NCBI RefSeq assembly: GCF_009914755.1
Contig: NC_060946.1
Source: the human T2T-CHM13v2.0 reference genome, Homo sapiens
Reading direction: 5' to 3' (one strand)
Length of the DNA stretch: 64,000 nt
Below, in pieces: positions 63,600 to 64,000 of the stretch. The position numbers and the translations under genes were made by a program. Positions within the stretch are counted from its first letter, which is position 1. Every line of letters begins with the position of its first letter. The notes under the pieces were generated by a model, which saw only the letters and a list, made by a program, of their open reading frames with translations, had not been told where the DNA came from and did not search any database.

Positions 63600-63911
63600 T
63601 TGTTGTCTTTTTCTTTCTTTCTTTCTTTCCTTTTTGAGACTCTGAGCACTCTGTTGCTCACAGTGCAGTGGTGCAATCTCAGCTCACTGCAACCTCTGGC
63701 TCCTGGGTTCACGCAATCCCCCTGCCTCAGTCTCCCAAATAGCTGGTATTACAGGCACGCACCACCATGCCTGGCTGATTTTTGTATTTTTAGTAGAGAT
63801 GGGGTTTCACTGTGTTGGCCAGGCTGGTCTCAAACTCCTGACCTCAAGTGATCAGCCCGCCTCAGCCTTCCAAAGTGCTGGGTTTACAGGTGTGAGCCAC
63901 TGCGCCTGGCC
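63600..63911 (-). mobile_element. AluS within the resumed L1
   Basis: Reverse Alu; TSD atccatagcctgtatt on both sides. Confidence 0.88.
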
Positions 63912-64000
63912 AATCCATAGCCTGTATTGTTTTTTACATTTCTTTGTTTTCACTTTTCTCTGGTCTCTCCTTGAGTAGTTTAATAATCAACCATCTGAAT

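Overview
Human genomic DNA, recognisable as the 22q13.2 gene cluster. The window contains four complete protein-coding genes: NAGA (- strand, 9 coding exons, 411 aa), PHETA2/FAM109B (+, single coding exon, 259 aa), SMDT1/EMRE (+, 107 aa) and NDUFA6 (-, 128 aa). It also holds the NDUFA6 bidirectional CpG promoter. All exon boundaries were read from the sequence (GT-AG), and the lengths sum to the known proteins. The rest is repeat-dense: about 50 Alus, old L1s, solo LTRs (LTR15-like, MER31-like, MER34-like, MER21, MER11, MST), MER47 and a U13/SNORD13 retrocopy. The right 12 kb is a full-length but defective gammaretrovirus-like provirus (HERV-IP10/LTR10 type, tRNA-Pro PBS, - strand, TACT target duplication) inserted into an L1. 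It carries a co-oriented full-length OLA1 processed pseudogene, two Alus (one AluYb8) and a very homogeneous 59-bp tandem repeat in gag. I found no convincing new protein-coding system. The best leads are a possible LTR-driven provirus/OLA1-retrocopy chimeric transcript, the 59-bp VNTR, a duplicated Alu junction involving a young AluYb8, a fused inverted-Alu hairpin, and NAGA upstream ORFs. Repeat family names and reference alleles are from memory, not from a database search.
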